Positions 17,648-27,629 of a stretch of DNA of 64,000 bases are shown piece after piece. Source of the DNA: Candidatus Berkelbacteria bacterium (GTDB lineage Bacteria > Patescibacteriota > UBA1384 > 2-12-FULL-50-11); contig CP066697.1 of NCBI GenBank assembly GCA_016432625.1, positions 215,363 to 279,362 of the forward strand. Direction: 5' to 3'. The notes beneath the pieces were generated by a model. It was not told the origin of the DNA, made no database searches, and was given only the letters and a program-made list of their open reading frames with translations. Positions within the stretch are counted from its first letter, which is position 1. Every line of letters starts with the position of its first letter. The translations under genes were made by a program, and so were the position numbers.

Positions 17648-17719
17648 TGGGCCATGCTGGAATCGAACCAGCGACACACGGATTAAGAGTCCGTTGTTCT
17701 ACCGCTGAACTAATGGCCC
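17648..17719 (-). tRNA. tRNA-Lys (CTT)
   Basis: Acceptor GGGCCAT/ATGGCCC, anticodon stem ACGGA/TCCGT, loop CTCTTAA. Confidence 0.85.
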
Positions 17720-17813
17720 GGTGAGCTAAATTATATCTTATAACCGAGAAGCAAAATAGATTCCGGGTGGATGTTCTTTACCTTGAGAAGAAGCCCGGGG
17801 AGCTTCTTAAAGC

Positions 17814-18488
17814 CTAAATCTGTTTGTATTCGCCCGGCTTTAAGTCGCCCAGTTCGTACTGTCCGACCCTAATTCTGGTTAAATTGACCACTTCGATTCC
17901 GACGGCTGCACAAATTCGGCGCACCAGGTGATTACGGCCTTCGTGGATTGTAACCAAAAAACTTAAAGTATCCTTCTTCATCTTAATTAACTTCAGCTCA
18001 TCGAGGGTGACCGGGCCGTCCTTGAGGATAATCTTGTCTTGCTCGAGCTCGGTCAGTGCCGCTTTTGGTGTTTTAGTCGTGCCCTCAACGATATACTCCT
18101 TCTGGTGTTCAAACTTTGGGTGAGTCAGCTGGTAGCACAAATTGCCATCGTTTGTCAGGATAACGAGCCCCATAGTATCGTAGTCCAGCCGTCCGCATGG
18201 GAAGACCCGCGGGGTGTTTGGAACAAAATCCAAGACGGTTTTACGTCCTTCTGGGTCGTCGGCAGTTGTTACTACGCCCTTAGGTTTATTAAAAAGGTAG
18301 ATGACTTTCTTTGCAGAGGATTCAAGTCTCTGACCGTCGAGCGTAACCTTGTCTTTGTCTGGGTCTACCTTGGTGCCAAGCTCGCGAACTGTCTTGCCGT
18401 TGATCTGCACTTTACCGGCGGTTATGAGCTCATCTGCACCCCTTCGAGAACTGACGCCGCAGGAAGCTAGGAATTTATTTAATCTCAT
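17814..18488 (-). CDS. Pseudouridine synthase, RsuA/RluB family, with N-terminal S4 domain
   Basis: S4 RNA-binding motif (MRLNKFLA..GV.SRR) and PseudoU_synth_2 core with catalytic Asp (GRLD). Confidence 0.8.
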   Translation of the reverse strand: MRLNKFLASCGVSSRRGADELITAGKVQINGKTVRELGTKVDPDKDKVTLDGQRLESSAKKVIYLFNKPKGVVTTADDPEGRKTVLDFVPNTPRVFPCGRLDYDTMGLVILTNDGNLCYQLTHPKFEHQKEYIVEGTTKTPKAALTELEQDKIILKDGPVTLDELKLIKMKKDTLSFLVTIHEGRNHLVRRICAAVGIEVVNLTRIRVGQYELGDLKPGEYKQI

Positions 18489-18635
18489 TTGTGTGATCGA
18501 TTTATTTTTATTAAATGACACCAGCTAGAATCTGTTTGGAAAGCCGGTGGCTTATTGAGTCGCATGCGTGACAAAAGGATACCTTAAAAACCCACCAAGT
18601 GGTAAGATGCTTCCTAGCTTAAACCTTACCTAGAA

Positions 18636-19418
18636 TTGAGTCAGTTGATGCTACTTTCTGCTAAAGACTTAGTTACTGAAACTACTTCCCAACTTGTTAG
18701 GGATCGTCAAAAAATCAAAACCAGGCCTGGGCTGGCTTTAGTTTGGGTGGGAAATGACCCACAGACCAAAACCTTCATCCGCGTTAAACAACAAAAAGCC
18801 AAACAACTGGACTGCGATTTTTACCTTCACCACTTAGAACACGCAAAATTCGACCAACTCTCGGCGTTAATGCGCGGCCTGAATCGTAAGAAAGAAATCC
18901 ACGGTATTGTCTTACAACTACCACTGCCCCGCAAAGAAGAGACCCAAGCGTTGATTGATTTGATGGAACCGAAAAAAGACATCGACCACCTTCGTCCCGA
19001 CAGCCCGTTCGATGCCCCAACCCCCAGCGGAATCCTGGCGATTTTACGCCATCATAATATTGATCCAAAAGATGAGAAGACAGTGATTTTGGGTGCCGGA
19101 CGGCTTGTTGGTGCCCCGCTTGCTGAAACCTACAAGAGAAATAAGTGGGATTTTGTGCAGATTCCACGCAAAGCCCGTGAACACCTCGAAGAAATCCGTC
19201 AGTCTAGCCTGCTTATAAGCGGTACTGGCGTACGTCAATTAGTAACGCCGGAGTTTGTTCGTGGCAAAATGGTCGTTGTTGATGGCTCGGGTATAGATGT
19301 TGACGTACCGGCGGTCGAAAAAGTCGCAAAAGCGGTGACACCTTCCAAAGGTGCCGTTGGCCCGATGACCGTTTGCTACTTGTTTAAGAATTTACTTCTT
19401 GCCGCGAAGCAGGCTTAA
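18636..19418 (+). CDS. folD: Bifunctional methylenetetrahydrofolate dehydrogenase/cyclohydrolase FolD
   Basis: FolD N-terminal catalytic and C-terminal NAD(P)-binding domain pattern, 260 aa. Confidence 0.8.
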   Translation: MSQLMLLSAKDLVTETTSQLVRDRQKIKTRPGLALVWVGNDPQTKTFIRVKQQKAKQLDCDFYLHHLEHAKFDQLSALMRGLNRKKEIHGIVLQLPLPRKEETQALIDLMEPKKDIDHLRPDSPFDAPTPSGILAILRHHNIDPKDEKTVILGAGRLVGAPLAETYKRNKWDFVQIPRKAREHLEEIRQSSLLISGTGVRQLVTPEFVRGKMVVVDGSGIDVDVPAVEKVAKAVTPSKGAVGPMTVCYLFKNLLLAAKQA

Positions 19419-21131
19419 GAATTGTTCTACAGAAACGGTTGATTGCTCCGGCGTGTGACGCTCGCGGACGGCAACGGTTTTAGCGGTTTGTTCTTTTTCG
19501 CCAACCACTAGGATAAACGGTATTTTCTGGCCCTCGGCTTGGCGGATACGCTTACCGAGCGATTCATTAGAATCATCCGTCTCAACTCTAACGCCGCTCT
19601 GGTGCAATTCGTCGGACACTTTATCGGCATAGGTGACGAACTTTTCACTTAACGGCAAAACGACTACTTGTACTGGCGCAAGCCAAACTGGAAACTCACC
19701 GCCGAAGTGTTCGATCAGGATCGAGACGAAGCGCTCAATGGAACCCATGATTGCGGCGTGAATCATGACAACGTCCTCGTCTTTACCTGCAGGATTGACA
19801 AAAGTCAGCTCAAAGCGTTTCGGCAGGTTCATGTCTAACTGAATTGTCGCTACTTGCCACTGACGCTCCAGTGAGTCGTAGGCCATAAAGTCAATTTTTG
19901 GTCCGTAAAAGTTGGCCTCGCCAGGTGCGACCAAATATTTCGCCCCACGTTTCTTAGCGGTTTTTTCTAATTCAGCCTCAGAATTTTTCCAAATCTTCGG
20001 ATCACCAAGATATTTCTCGGGAGTCTTAGGGTCGTGAAAAGATAATCTCACTTCAAGTCGGAAACCGAACCGGCTATAAAACTCCTCGACGATATCCCAA
20101 ATAGCGTCTAGTTCCTCGCTGACTTGGTCTGGCCGGCAAAAAACATGGGCATCGTCCTGAGTGATACTAATAACCCGACTTAAACCGGCCAGCTCACCTG
20201 ATTGTTCGTCACGATAGACCATTGTGGTATTGGCGTAACGTTGAGGCATCTCGCGGTAACTCCACTTTTTCCGCGCAAAAATCTGAGTGTGGTGCGGGCA
20301 ATTCATCGGCTTGACGGCAAATTGCTTGCCCTCACGGGTTTCAATTACGAACAGGTCGTCTTTGAATTTATCCCAGTGGCCGCTTTTCTCATACAAGTCT
20401 TTCTTCGCTAGGTGTGGGATTTCGACTTTCTCGTAACCTTTTTTGCGTCGCAGCTCCCAGACGAAATCGTCGAGTAACTCGCGGATGACGGTACCTTTTG
20501 GCGTCCAGAGCGGCAGGCCGGGGCCCACCAGTGGCGAGAAAACAAATAGGTCGAGTGCCACCCCGAGCTTTTTGTGGTCACGTTTCTTGGCTTCCTCCAA
20601 CATCTTAAGATGTTCGTCAAGCTCTTTCTTGGATTCGAAGGCCGTGCCGTAAATACGCGTTAGCATCGGATTGTTCTCGCTACCGCGCCAGTAAGCACCA
20701 GCAATACCGAGCAGTTTGACAGCTTTAACCTCCCCGGTCGAAGCAACGTGCGGGCCCTTGCACAAATCCCAAAAGTCGCCGATGACGTAGTGGCTGAGCT
20801 CTTTGTCGGGCAAATCGTTAATCAGCTCTTCTTTGTAGGGCTGGTGTTCTTTTTTTGCCCTGCCTAACGCCTCACTACGGGTCAAAGTTTTATGCTCAAC
20901 GGGCAAGTTCTTAGCGATTAACTGGCCGATCGTTTTCTCCAGGTTTCGTAGGACCTCATCGTTGATCGGTTTCGTAAACTCAAAATCGTAATAGAAGCCG
21001 TGCTCGATTGGCGGGCCGATTGCAAGTTTAGCCTTGGGGTCGTACTCGAGTACTGCCATAGCCAAAAGATGGGCGGCTGTGTGCCTGATACGGTAGAGCC
21101 GTGAGTCTTCGTAGGGTTTTTGGCTTTTCAT
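19392..21131 (-). CDS. thrS: Threonyl-tRNA synthetase (short form lacking N-terminal TGS domain)
   Basis: Second additional domain, class II catalytic core motifs and C-terminal anticodon-binding domain; starts at the editing/SAD region. Confidence 0.9.
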   Translation of the reverse strand: MKSQKPYEDSRLYRIRHTAAHLLAMAVLEYDPKAKLAIGPPIEHGFYYDFEFTKPINDEVLRNLEKTIGQLIAKNLPVEHKTLTRSEALGRAKKEHQPYKEELINDLPDKELSHYVIGDFWDLCKGPHVASTGEVKAVKLLGIAGAYWRGSENNPMLTRIYGTAFESKKELDEHLKMLEEAKKRDHKKLGVALDLFVFSPLVGPGLPLWTPKGTVIRELLDDFVWELRRKKGYEKVEIPHLAKKDLYEKSGHWDKFKDDLFVIETREGKQFAVKPMNCPHHTQIFARKKWSYREMPQRYANTTMVYRDEQSGELAGLSRVISITQDDAHVFCRPDQVSEELDAIWDIVEEFYSRFGFRLEVRLSFHDPKTPEKYLGDPKIWKNSEAELEKTAKKRGAKYLVAPGEANFYGPKIDFMAYDSLERQWQVATIQLDMNLPKRFELTFVNPAGKDEDVVMIHAAIMGSIERFVSILIEHFGGEFPVWLAPVQVVVLPLSEKFVTYADKVSDELHQSGVRVETDDSNESLGKRIRQAEGQKIPFILVVGEKEQTAKTVAVRERHTPEQSTVSVEQFLSLLRGKK

Positions 21132-21186
21132 CTGTCACATCAGATTGTAACGGAACTTCTTAGGGTTTGAAACGCAACCGGTTGCC

Positions 21187-24100
21187 TTGCTGGCAATATC
21201 TTGCGATTATATTTTCGGAGGGAATATTTTTCGATCTAGCATTCCTAATAGAACAAAACACGCTCTGGCCAATTACCCATTGACCTTTTACTTTGGCCTA
21301 CTTGCTTTAGGCCTAGCCGCATTACTTGGTTGGCTGAAGTGGGCTTATAAGTGGGATATCGACTTCCAGCAGTTCTACTTATGGGCTAGCCGTAACGCGG
21401 AGATTTTACTGATCGGGGTAACTTTTTTGCTGAGCTTAACGCTGATTGCGAGCGCGATTGCATACAGGCAGACGTGCAAGATGAGCCAGGAAGATTACTA
21501 CCTGTGGCTTCAACAGCGGGCGACCAGAACACTCTTCCCGTTTTTTACGCCAATTCACGATTGGCTTAGACTACATGTCAGGCTCTATCGTTGGTGGCAC
21601 ACGCAGGTCTACTCAACGACATTACACGTGCTACTCTTTCTCTTTTTCCTTGTTTTGAGCGCCTCCTCCGTTAGAACGATTTATTCGCCGGCGCCGGGAG
21701 ACCCGGGTTGTACAGGCGACGAACCGCCAATCACGATTTCTAGCAACACAACCTGGTCGGGCAACAACTGTTACGACACCATAACAATTAATAATAACGC
21801 TACCCTAACTCTAAACGGGGGAGCTTCTGTTCAGGCTAACTCCCTCACTCTAGGGACGGGCGCCATACCGCCGGTGAATGGTCACATCACCTTCAAATAC
21901 GACACTCTTAATAACCTCGGTGTTTCGATCAAAATTTTGGGCGGCGTAACTGTGAATAGTGGTAGTACCATAAAGGGCAATGGCCAAGGCTACGCTGGTG
22001 GTACAGCCGGCTCAGTTAACGGCGCTGGAACCGGCGGTGGTCTTGGTAACGTTGGCGGCAACTCTGGCGGTGGTGGTTACGGCGGAGCCGGAGGAACGGT
22101 AGGTTCAGCGACAGGGGGTGCTACTTACGGCTCCGATACGGCGCCCGACGTCGCTGGTTCAGGCGGCGGGTACGTTTCTGTTAGTGGTGCGGCCAGTAAC
22201 GGCGGGGCTGGTGGTGCGGCGTTAAAAATTGAATCAACCGGTACTTTTACGTTTAATGGCAGTATTAATGCCGATGGTACTGTTAGTGTGCCAGCTTCGG
22301 GAATAGGCAGCGGTAAGGGGGGCGGGGGCTCTGGCGGTAGTGTTTGGATGATTGCTGACACTTTCACTGGTACCGGAACTGTTACGGCCAATGGTGCCAA
22401 CGGCGGGAGTAACGGTGGTGGTGGCGGTGGCGGTCGGATAGTTCGACGCTATACCTCAGCAATCGGTACGGGACTTACATTGAGCGCGACTAAAGGATCC
22501 GGAGGCACTGGCGGAGCCGATGGGACGATTAAAAATATCGGCCCGGTCACAACCTACGATGTTGCTGTTCCAGTCGGAGGCTCGACGACTAAAACAGCTG
22601 GGACGTCATTTTCTCTTGTGATTACGGCGAAGGATTCTCTTGGAGCAACGTACCCAACGTATAACGGTACGGTCACGTTTACTTCTAATGATACGCAAGC
22701 AATAATGCCTTCGAATTACACATTCGTCGCCGGTGATAATGGTATCAAAACCGTTAGTGGCTTCACGCTTAAGACGGCCGGCACCAAAACAATTACAGTA
22801 ACCGAGGTTGGTAATAGTACAGTTATCGGCACGATCAACTTAACGGTTATCGCCGGTACCGCCACCAACTTAACGGTGACGGGCATTACTTCAACGGTTA
22901 GCGCCGGTAATGCCGTATCTCCGACGGTGACGATCTTTGACCAGTACGGAAACGTCGCGACCACTTTTACGGGGGTGGTAAGTTTCTCGTCGAATGATGC
23001 TCAGGCGACGTTGCCGGCAAATTATACTTTCGGGAATCCAGACCAAGGAGTGAAAGTTTTCACCAACCAGTTTGTTGTCAAAACGGCCGGCACGAGAACG
23101 CTCACGGCGACAGCCACGTCGTCCAGTTCCCCGGGCCTTTCCTCGACCTTCCAGGGGTCCCACAGTAATTTCACTGTCGTACCAAATACAGCGACGCAGA
23201 TAATTCTGACCAACATTAATGACTCGGTCTTAGCTGGCGAAAAGCTGACCCCAATCGTAACGATGAAAGACGCCTACGGTAACGTTGCCACTGGCTACAC
23301 AGGAACAGTTCGCTTCACAGCGACAGATACTAGCGCCGTTTTGCCGGGCGATTACACCTATGTCGCGAACGATGCTGGGATTAAGACGTTCACAAACCTA
23401 CTAGAATTTAGAACCCTAGGTTCAATTACATTGACTATTGCCGAAATCGGGGGGTCGAGCGGAGGAATCATTTCAAGCGAACGGAGTCTATCCACTAAGC
23501 TGACTTTAACGGTTAACCCTGGTGCTCATTCTACGTACAGTCTAACTACCACCTCACCGCAAAAAGTTGGTGTTGGCTGGCAGGAAACGGTAACGCCGAA
23601 GGACGCTTTTGGTAATACCGTAACAATCTCGGAGAAAACCGTCATAACTCCTACCGCTTCGGGTTCGGTAAAGTTCTACACTAGCAATACTTACCTGACG
23701 GAAACAAGCGAGTATGTGATGGCGACTCAGTCGTTAACTATCTATCTCAAGGCAACCGCTGCTGGGACAACTACAATCACCGTTAATGACGGCACTCGTC
23801 AGGCCACTTCGGGAAGCATCAAGATCAATCCGGCGGATACCGCCACGGAAACACCGCCCGTGACTGGTACTACCGAAGAGACGCCGCCCACAACAGCTCC
23901 GCCAGTAACCACGCCGACTGTCTCTACACCACAGGCCACGTCCCAACCGTCAACTGGCATAACGCGAGTGTTCGAGACGATACAGGAAACTGTCGAGAAT
24001 AACCAAGCGTTGGTGAACGCTGCTAACACCGCTGCGGTGGCCGTCTCGCCCGTTGCTACGGTCGTTGCCCTGGGGCCACTTAGCACCGCGTTAGTAACGG

Positions 24101-24906
24101 CGATAATTGACACCTTTGTTAAGGGTGCCTCATTCCTTGGTGGGTTCTTCGGAGTTACGCCAACACGCTTACGCGGTAGGCGTTGGGGCATTGTTCGTAA
24201 CCGACGAAGCGGCATGCCAATTGGCGGCGTGTTTATCGAGTTATTGGACGCTACTGGAGAGGCGATCGACCGGGTCTTGACCGACCGAACCGGACATTAT
24301 GCCTTCCTTGTGGATAAGCCCGGACGTTACTGGATCCAAGTGAGAAATCCGCTCTATGAACGATTTTTGAGCCGTCCGCTAACTGTCAATAATCCTGCCG
24401 ACGATTTAATCAATGAAGACATAACGCTTGAGTTGATTGAGGAGAAATTGAAGAGTCGCATGATGATGGTTGGCTGGCTCTTTGGTCTCATGAGGGTACT
24501 TAACTTCATCCACTGGCCGCTCTTAATCTTCGGTAGCGTGTTAGCCGTTTATATCTACTCGATCGATCAGACTTTGCTTAAAGCGCTCGTGGTATCGCTC
24601 TATGTCCTGTTGTGGGGAACAAAGGTACTTGAACTTGATTACAAGCGACCGTTCGGAGTGGTAGTGGATGCGCAAACCGGTAAGCCCCAGCCTTCATCCG
24701 TGGTTCAGATTGTTCAGCGCTCCAAAAACGAAGGCCCGGCGAGTGTCCGTTCAACTATCACAGACCATGCGGGACGTTTCCTATTTGTCATCAAGCCTGG
24801 GCGATATCACCTAATTGCCGGGAAAGAAGGGTACGAACCAGTTGAGATGGAAATTCAGGGCGACACCGTTAACCTAACGATCAAGTTGAAGCAGGATAAG
24901 CGCTAG
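21187..24906 (+). CDS. Giant (1239 aa) multi-domain surface protein: N-terminal TM helices, Gly-rich beta-helix-like region, four Ig-like (Big) repeats, Thr/Pro linker, C-terminal TMs with two carboxypeptidase-regulatory-like domains
   Basis: About 100-aa repeats (TYDVAVPVGG..., TATNLTVTG..., SHSNFTVVPN..., TYSLTTTSPQ...); GGxGG-rich tract; PT-rich linker TETPPVTGTTEETPPTTAPPVTTPT. Exact start uncertain. Confidence 0.6.
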   Translation: MLAISCDYIFGGNIFRSSIPNRTKHALANYPLTFYFGLLALGLAALLGWLKWAYKWDIDFQQFYLWASRNAEILLIGVTFLLSLTLIASAIAYRQTCKMSQEDYYLWLQQRATRTLFPFFTPIHDWLRLHVRLYRWWHTQVYSTTLHVLLFLFFLVLSASSVRTIYSPAPGDPGCTGDEPPITISSNTTWSGNNCYDTITINNNATLTLNGGASVQANSLTLGTGAIPPVNGHITFKYDTLNNLGVSIKILGGVTVNSGSTIKGNGQGYAGGTAGSVNGAGTGGGLGNVGGNSGGGGYGGAGGTVGSATGGATYGSDTAPDVAGSGGGYVSVSGAASNGGAGGAALKIESTGTFTFNGSINADGTVSVPASGIGSGKGGGGSGGSVWMIADTFTGTGTVTANGANGGSNGGGGGGGRIVRRYTSAIGTGLTLSATKGSGGTGGADGTIKNIGPVTTYDVAVPVGGSTTKTAGTSFSLVITAKDSLGATYPTYNGTVTFTSNDTQAIMPSNYTFVAGDNGIKTVSGFTLKTAGTKTITVTEVGNSTVIGTINLTVIAGTATNLTVTGITSTVSAGNAVSPTVTIFDQYGNVATTFTGVVSFSSNDAQATLPANYTFGNPDQGVKVFTNQFVVKTAGTRTLTATATSSSSPGLSSTFQGSHSNFTVVPNTATQIILTNINDSVLAGEKLTPIVTMKDAYGNVATGYTGTVRFTATDTSAVLPGDYTYVANDAGIKTFTNLLEFRTLGSITLTIAEIGGSSGGIISSERSLSTKLTLTVNPGAHSTYSLTTTSPQKVGVGWQETVTPKDAFGNTVTISEKTVITPTASGSVKFYTSNTYLTETSEYVMATQSLTIYLKATAAGTTTITVNDGTRQATSGSIKINPADTATETPPVTGTTEETPPTTAPPVTTPTVSTPQATSQPSTGITRVFETIQETVENNQALVNAANTAAVAVSPVATVVALGPLSTALVTAIIDTFVKGASFLGGFFGVTPTRLRGRRWGIVRNRRSGMPIGGVFIELLDATGEAIDRVLTDRTGHYAFLVDKPGRYWIQVRNPLYERFLSRPLTVNNPADDLINEDITLELIEEKLKSRMMMVGWLFGLMRVLNFIHWPLLIFGSVLAVYIYSIDQTLLKALVVSLYVLLWGTKVLELDYKRPFGVVVDAQTGKPQPSSVVQIVQRSKNEGPASVRSTITDHAGRFLFVIKPGRYHLIAGKEGYEPVEMEIQGDTVNLTIKLKQDKR

Positions 24907-26042
24907 CGCTTAAGTATCGAGGCGATTTTTTTGGCAAGTGACGGCATGTCTTTCGTTGTCATGCCCTTGGTGGTAATTGCCGGTGTACCAAGCCTAATAC
25001 CGTTGGGGTTCATCGGTGAAGCGTCGTCGTAAGGGATAGTATTTTTGTTAACGACTATCTTTTCTTTTTCCAGGCGACTCTGGGCCTCAGTGCCGTCGAT
25101 TCCAAGTGGGCGTAAGTCTATAAGCATTAAGTGGTTGTCGGTGCCGTCGGTTAAGATCGTGATTCCTTCTTTTTGCAGGGATTGTGATAACTCGCGCGCG
25201 TTATCCAGTACGGCCTGGCAGTACTCAACGTATTTTGGGGATGATGCTTCTTCTAGCGCGACGCCAATTGAGGCAATGGCATTTTCATGCGGACCACCCT
25301 GGATGCCAGGGAAAACCGCTTTATCGATTTGTTTTGCTAGATCTTCCCTGCAAAAAATTAACGCTCCTCGCGGTCCACGTAGCAGTTTATGGGTTGTTGT
25401 TGTCACAATATCGGCGTTACCAAATGGCGTTGGATGAAGGCCGGTTGCCACCAGTCCAGAGATGTGGGAAATGTCCGCCAAATGATAGGCTCCAACACTT
25501 TTAGCGATAGCACTAAGGCGTGCAAAGTCGATTGTGCGTGGGTAGGCCGAGGCGCCAGAGATAATCAGTTTTGGTTTTGAAGCCTTAGCGGCCTTAGCGA
25601 TTTCGCCATAGTCGAGCCGGTAACCTTTCTGGCTTACAACGTATGAAGTCCGGTTGTAAGTTTTGCCAGAAATCGTAATAGGATGGCCGTGCGTTAAGTG
25701 ACCACCGTGGCTAAGCTCGAGTCCCATAATTGGGTCCCCCGGCTGGAGGAGTGCGAAGTACACCGCTAAGTTCGCAATTGAACCCGAATAGGCTTGGGTA
25801 TTGACGTGATAATCGGTTTTAAAAACTTTCTGCGCCAAGCCAATCACTAGGTTCTCCATCTCGTCGACTACTTCATTACCGGCGTAATAACGCTTACCGG
25901 GGTAGCCTTCGGCGTATTTGTTAGTGAAATCAGATGCAAGGGCTGCTTTAACCGCATCGGAGGCGTAGTTTTCAGAAGCAATTAGATCAATACATTCGGC
26001 TTGTCGTGCCGTCTCCCGCTTCACTAAATCGACGATCTTCAT
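24903..26042 (-). CDS. glyA: Serine hydroxymethyltransferase
   Basis: PLP-binding Lys region (TTTTHKLLRGPRGA), N-terminal ASENY motif, overall SHMT pattern. Confidence 0.9.
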   Translation of the reverse strand: MKIVDLVKRETARQAECIDLIASENYASDAVKAALASDFTNKYAEGYPGKRYYAGNEVVDEMENLVIGLAQKVFKTDYHVNTQAYSGSIANLAVYFALLQPGDPIMGLELSHGGHLTHGHPITISGKTYNRTSYVVSQKGYRLDYGEIAKAAKASKPKLIISGASAYPRTIDFARLSAIAKSVGAYHLADISHISGLVATGLHPTPFGNADIVTTTTHKLLRGPRGALIFCREDLAKQIDKAVFPGIQGGPHENAIASIGVALEEASSPKYVEYCQAVLDNARELSQSLQKEGITILTDGTDNHLMLIDLRPLGIDGTEAQSRLEKEKIVVNKNTIPYDDASPMNPNGIRLGTPAITTKGMTTKDMPSLAKKIASILKR

Positions 26043-26124
26043 GAGAGCATGTTAGCAGTAAGATGATTTGGTTCCAAGCGACGCGCCATCGGGGTAGCGG
26101 CATAATCCAAGCGGCTCGTTTTAC

Positions 26125-26153
26125 ATGACAAATTCAGACTCAGACCCTACAAT
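26125..26153 (+). promoter_or_regulatory. Candidate promoter for the smpB unit: -35 ATGACA / 17 nt / -10 TACAAT, 11 nt before the first ATG
   Basis: Hexamer match and spacing. Confidence 0.35.
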
Positions 26154-26164
26154 ACGGAAGAACG

Positions 26165-26310
26165 ATGACTGTTATTGCCCGAAATACCCAAGCTTTGCTT
26201 TCGTTGCTCACAATGCGGATTATTGGTGGTGGCAAATGACAATCATAGCTCGCAATACTCAAGCTTCGCTTTCATTGCTCGCTTTGCCGATTATTATAAT
26301 TAGCCAATGA
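26165..26310 (+). repeat. Two tandem 71-nt paralogous copies of the smpB 5' end, each a 24-codon uORF (MTVIARNTQALLSLLTMRIIGGGK; MTIIARNTQASLSLLALPIIIISQ) joined by ATGA overlaps to the real smpB ATG at 26307
   Basis: Units at 26165-26239 and 26236-26310. Unit 2 and smpB share 21/22 nt at the start; unit 1 vs unit 2 about 73% identical. Confidence 0.6.
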
Positions 26311-26756
26311 CAACCATAGCTCGCAATAAAAAGGCCTTCTTTGACTATGAAATCGAGGACAGCGTAGAGGCTGGTCTCGTATTACTTGGAGCAGAAATTA
26401 AAGCCATCCGCGCTAAAGACGTTAATATCACCGGTAGTTACATTAAGCCGTTTGCTGATAAATCAGGACGGGTTGAGCTATGGTGGGTTGGCAGCCATTT
26501 TGGCGTCGCTGAGGGTGATCAGACAAGGACGAAAAAGTTGCTGCTTAACCGTCGGGAGATTGATCATATCACTGGCCGACAGAGCGCCAAGGGTCAGACA
26601 ATTTTGCCCTTGGAGCTCTTTATCAACCGTGGTCGTGCCAAGCTAAAAATAGGTTTAGGTACTCACAAGAAGCCTCATGACCGTCGAGAAGAGCTGCGCG
26701 AGCGTGCTGTTCAGCGCGATGCTGAACGTGACTGGCGCGAACGTTCGAAGCGCTAG
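26307..26756 (+). CDS. smpB: SsrA-binding protein SmpB
   Basis: IARNKKAFFDYEIED...G.EIKAIR N-terminal signature and basic C-terminal tail. Confidence 0.9.
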   Translation: MTTIARNKKAFFDYEIEDSVEAGLVLLGAEIKAIRAKDVNITGSYIKPFADKSGRVELWWVGSHFGVAEGDQTRTKKLLLNRREIDHITGRQSAKGQTILPLELFINRGRAKLKIGLGTHKKPHDRREELRERAVQRDAERDWRERSKR

Positions 26757-27629
26757 TTACCTACTAGTTGGCGTGGAACTCTCGTCCTCAGACGAAGTTA
26801 ATTCCTTGAGTTTGTCGATCTCGTCTCGGGCGGCGCTCAGGCTTGTTTTTGCTTCTTTAAGCTTGGCCTTCGCTGCTGCCAGGTCAGTTTTATAACTGGA
26901 CGCACCCGGGTCGTTAGCAATTTTCTTGTAGGCGTCGTATGCAGCCTGCGCGCTAGTTTTTGCCTGGGCCAGCAAGCCCTCCAACGTCGTAGTATCGAGG
27001 CCGTCGGCCTTTAGACGATCAACTAAAGTTTTTAGCTTACCGTCAATCAGTCCGATTATTCTGTCTGAAGCGCACATGCCGCGCACTGCTGGTAGCAGGG
27101 CGACGTAAACGTGATTCTTGCCGATGATGCCGTTCTTTATCTGTGAACGAACTTGGTCGACGGTTGTATTACTCGGCACAGCTGCGAGATCTTGTTCCAA
27201 TCGGGCAATTACAGCGTTAATCGCGGTCGTTGCTTCAGCCTTAGCCGCAGCGCGACATTTTTTGGTATATTCGCCATCGCGCAACTTCTTTAAGAGTTCC
27301 AAGCGTTCCTCGGTCAATTTCTCAGCTAGCTCTTTTGAGGATTCTAACTTTTTATCTTCTCGGGCATTTTTCGCTGTCTCGAGTGCGGCCTTGCGCGCTT
27401 CTCGCTCTTTCTTTACTTGCTCACGCAAGTTCTCGGCGGTTGTCTTCTTCAATTCAGCTTCTTTCTTCTGGGCCTCAGTTTGCTCAGTAGTACTGGATGA
27501 TTCAGTGTCCTCGGCAAGGACTCTCACTGTAGTCGGGTAGGCTAGTAGGCCGAAGGCTAGAACTAACCCCAGGCTCACGCTTCCAACGGTCTTAAAAATC
27601 GATCGTGTCATCGTCGCTCCCTTCATCAC
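26757..27629 (-). CDS. Secreted coiled-coil protein, unknown function
   Basis: Signal peptide; K/E/A-rich heptad repeats. Confidence 0.4.
   Translation of the reverse strand: MMKGATMTRSIFKTVGSVSLGLVLAFGLLAYPTTVRVLAEDTESSSTTEQTEAQKKEAELKKTTAENLREQVKKEREARKAALETAKNAREDKKLESSKELAEKLTEERLELLKKLRDGEYTKKCRAAAKAEATTAINAVIARLEQDLAAVPSNTTVDQVRSQIKNGIIGKNHVYVALLPAVRGMCASDRIIGLIDGKLKTLVDRLKADGLDTTTLEGLLAQAKTSAQAAYDAYKKIANDPGASSYKTDLAAAKAKLKEAKTSLSAARDEIDKLKELTSSEDESSTPTSR

Noticed and set aside
22125-24215. Several Pro/Thr/Val-rich ORFs (22125..22400, 22716..22964, 23799..24215) inside the giant surface protein gene, and periodic Gly-codon repeats that superficially look like a tandem-repeat array
   Set aside because: They are antisense or shifted frames of in-frame coding repeats; no spacers or direct repeats of CRISPR type.
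26125-26310. 61-aa listed ORF MTNSDSDP...IIIISQ
   Set aside because: It fuses the promoter-like region with the second 24-codon repeat unit in one frame; replaced by the two 24-codon uORF interpretation.
26043-27000. Search for tmRNA (ssrA) next to smpB
   Set aside because: No tRNA-Ala-like acceptor/T-arm pair or tag-reading-frame signature recognised by eye in the flanks; ssrA is presumably elsewhere.
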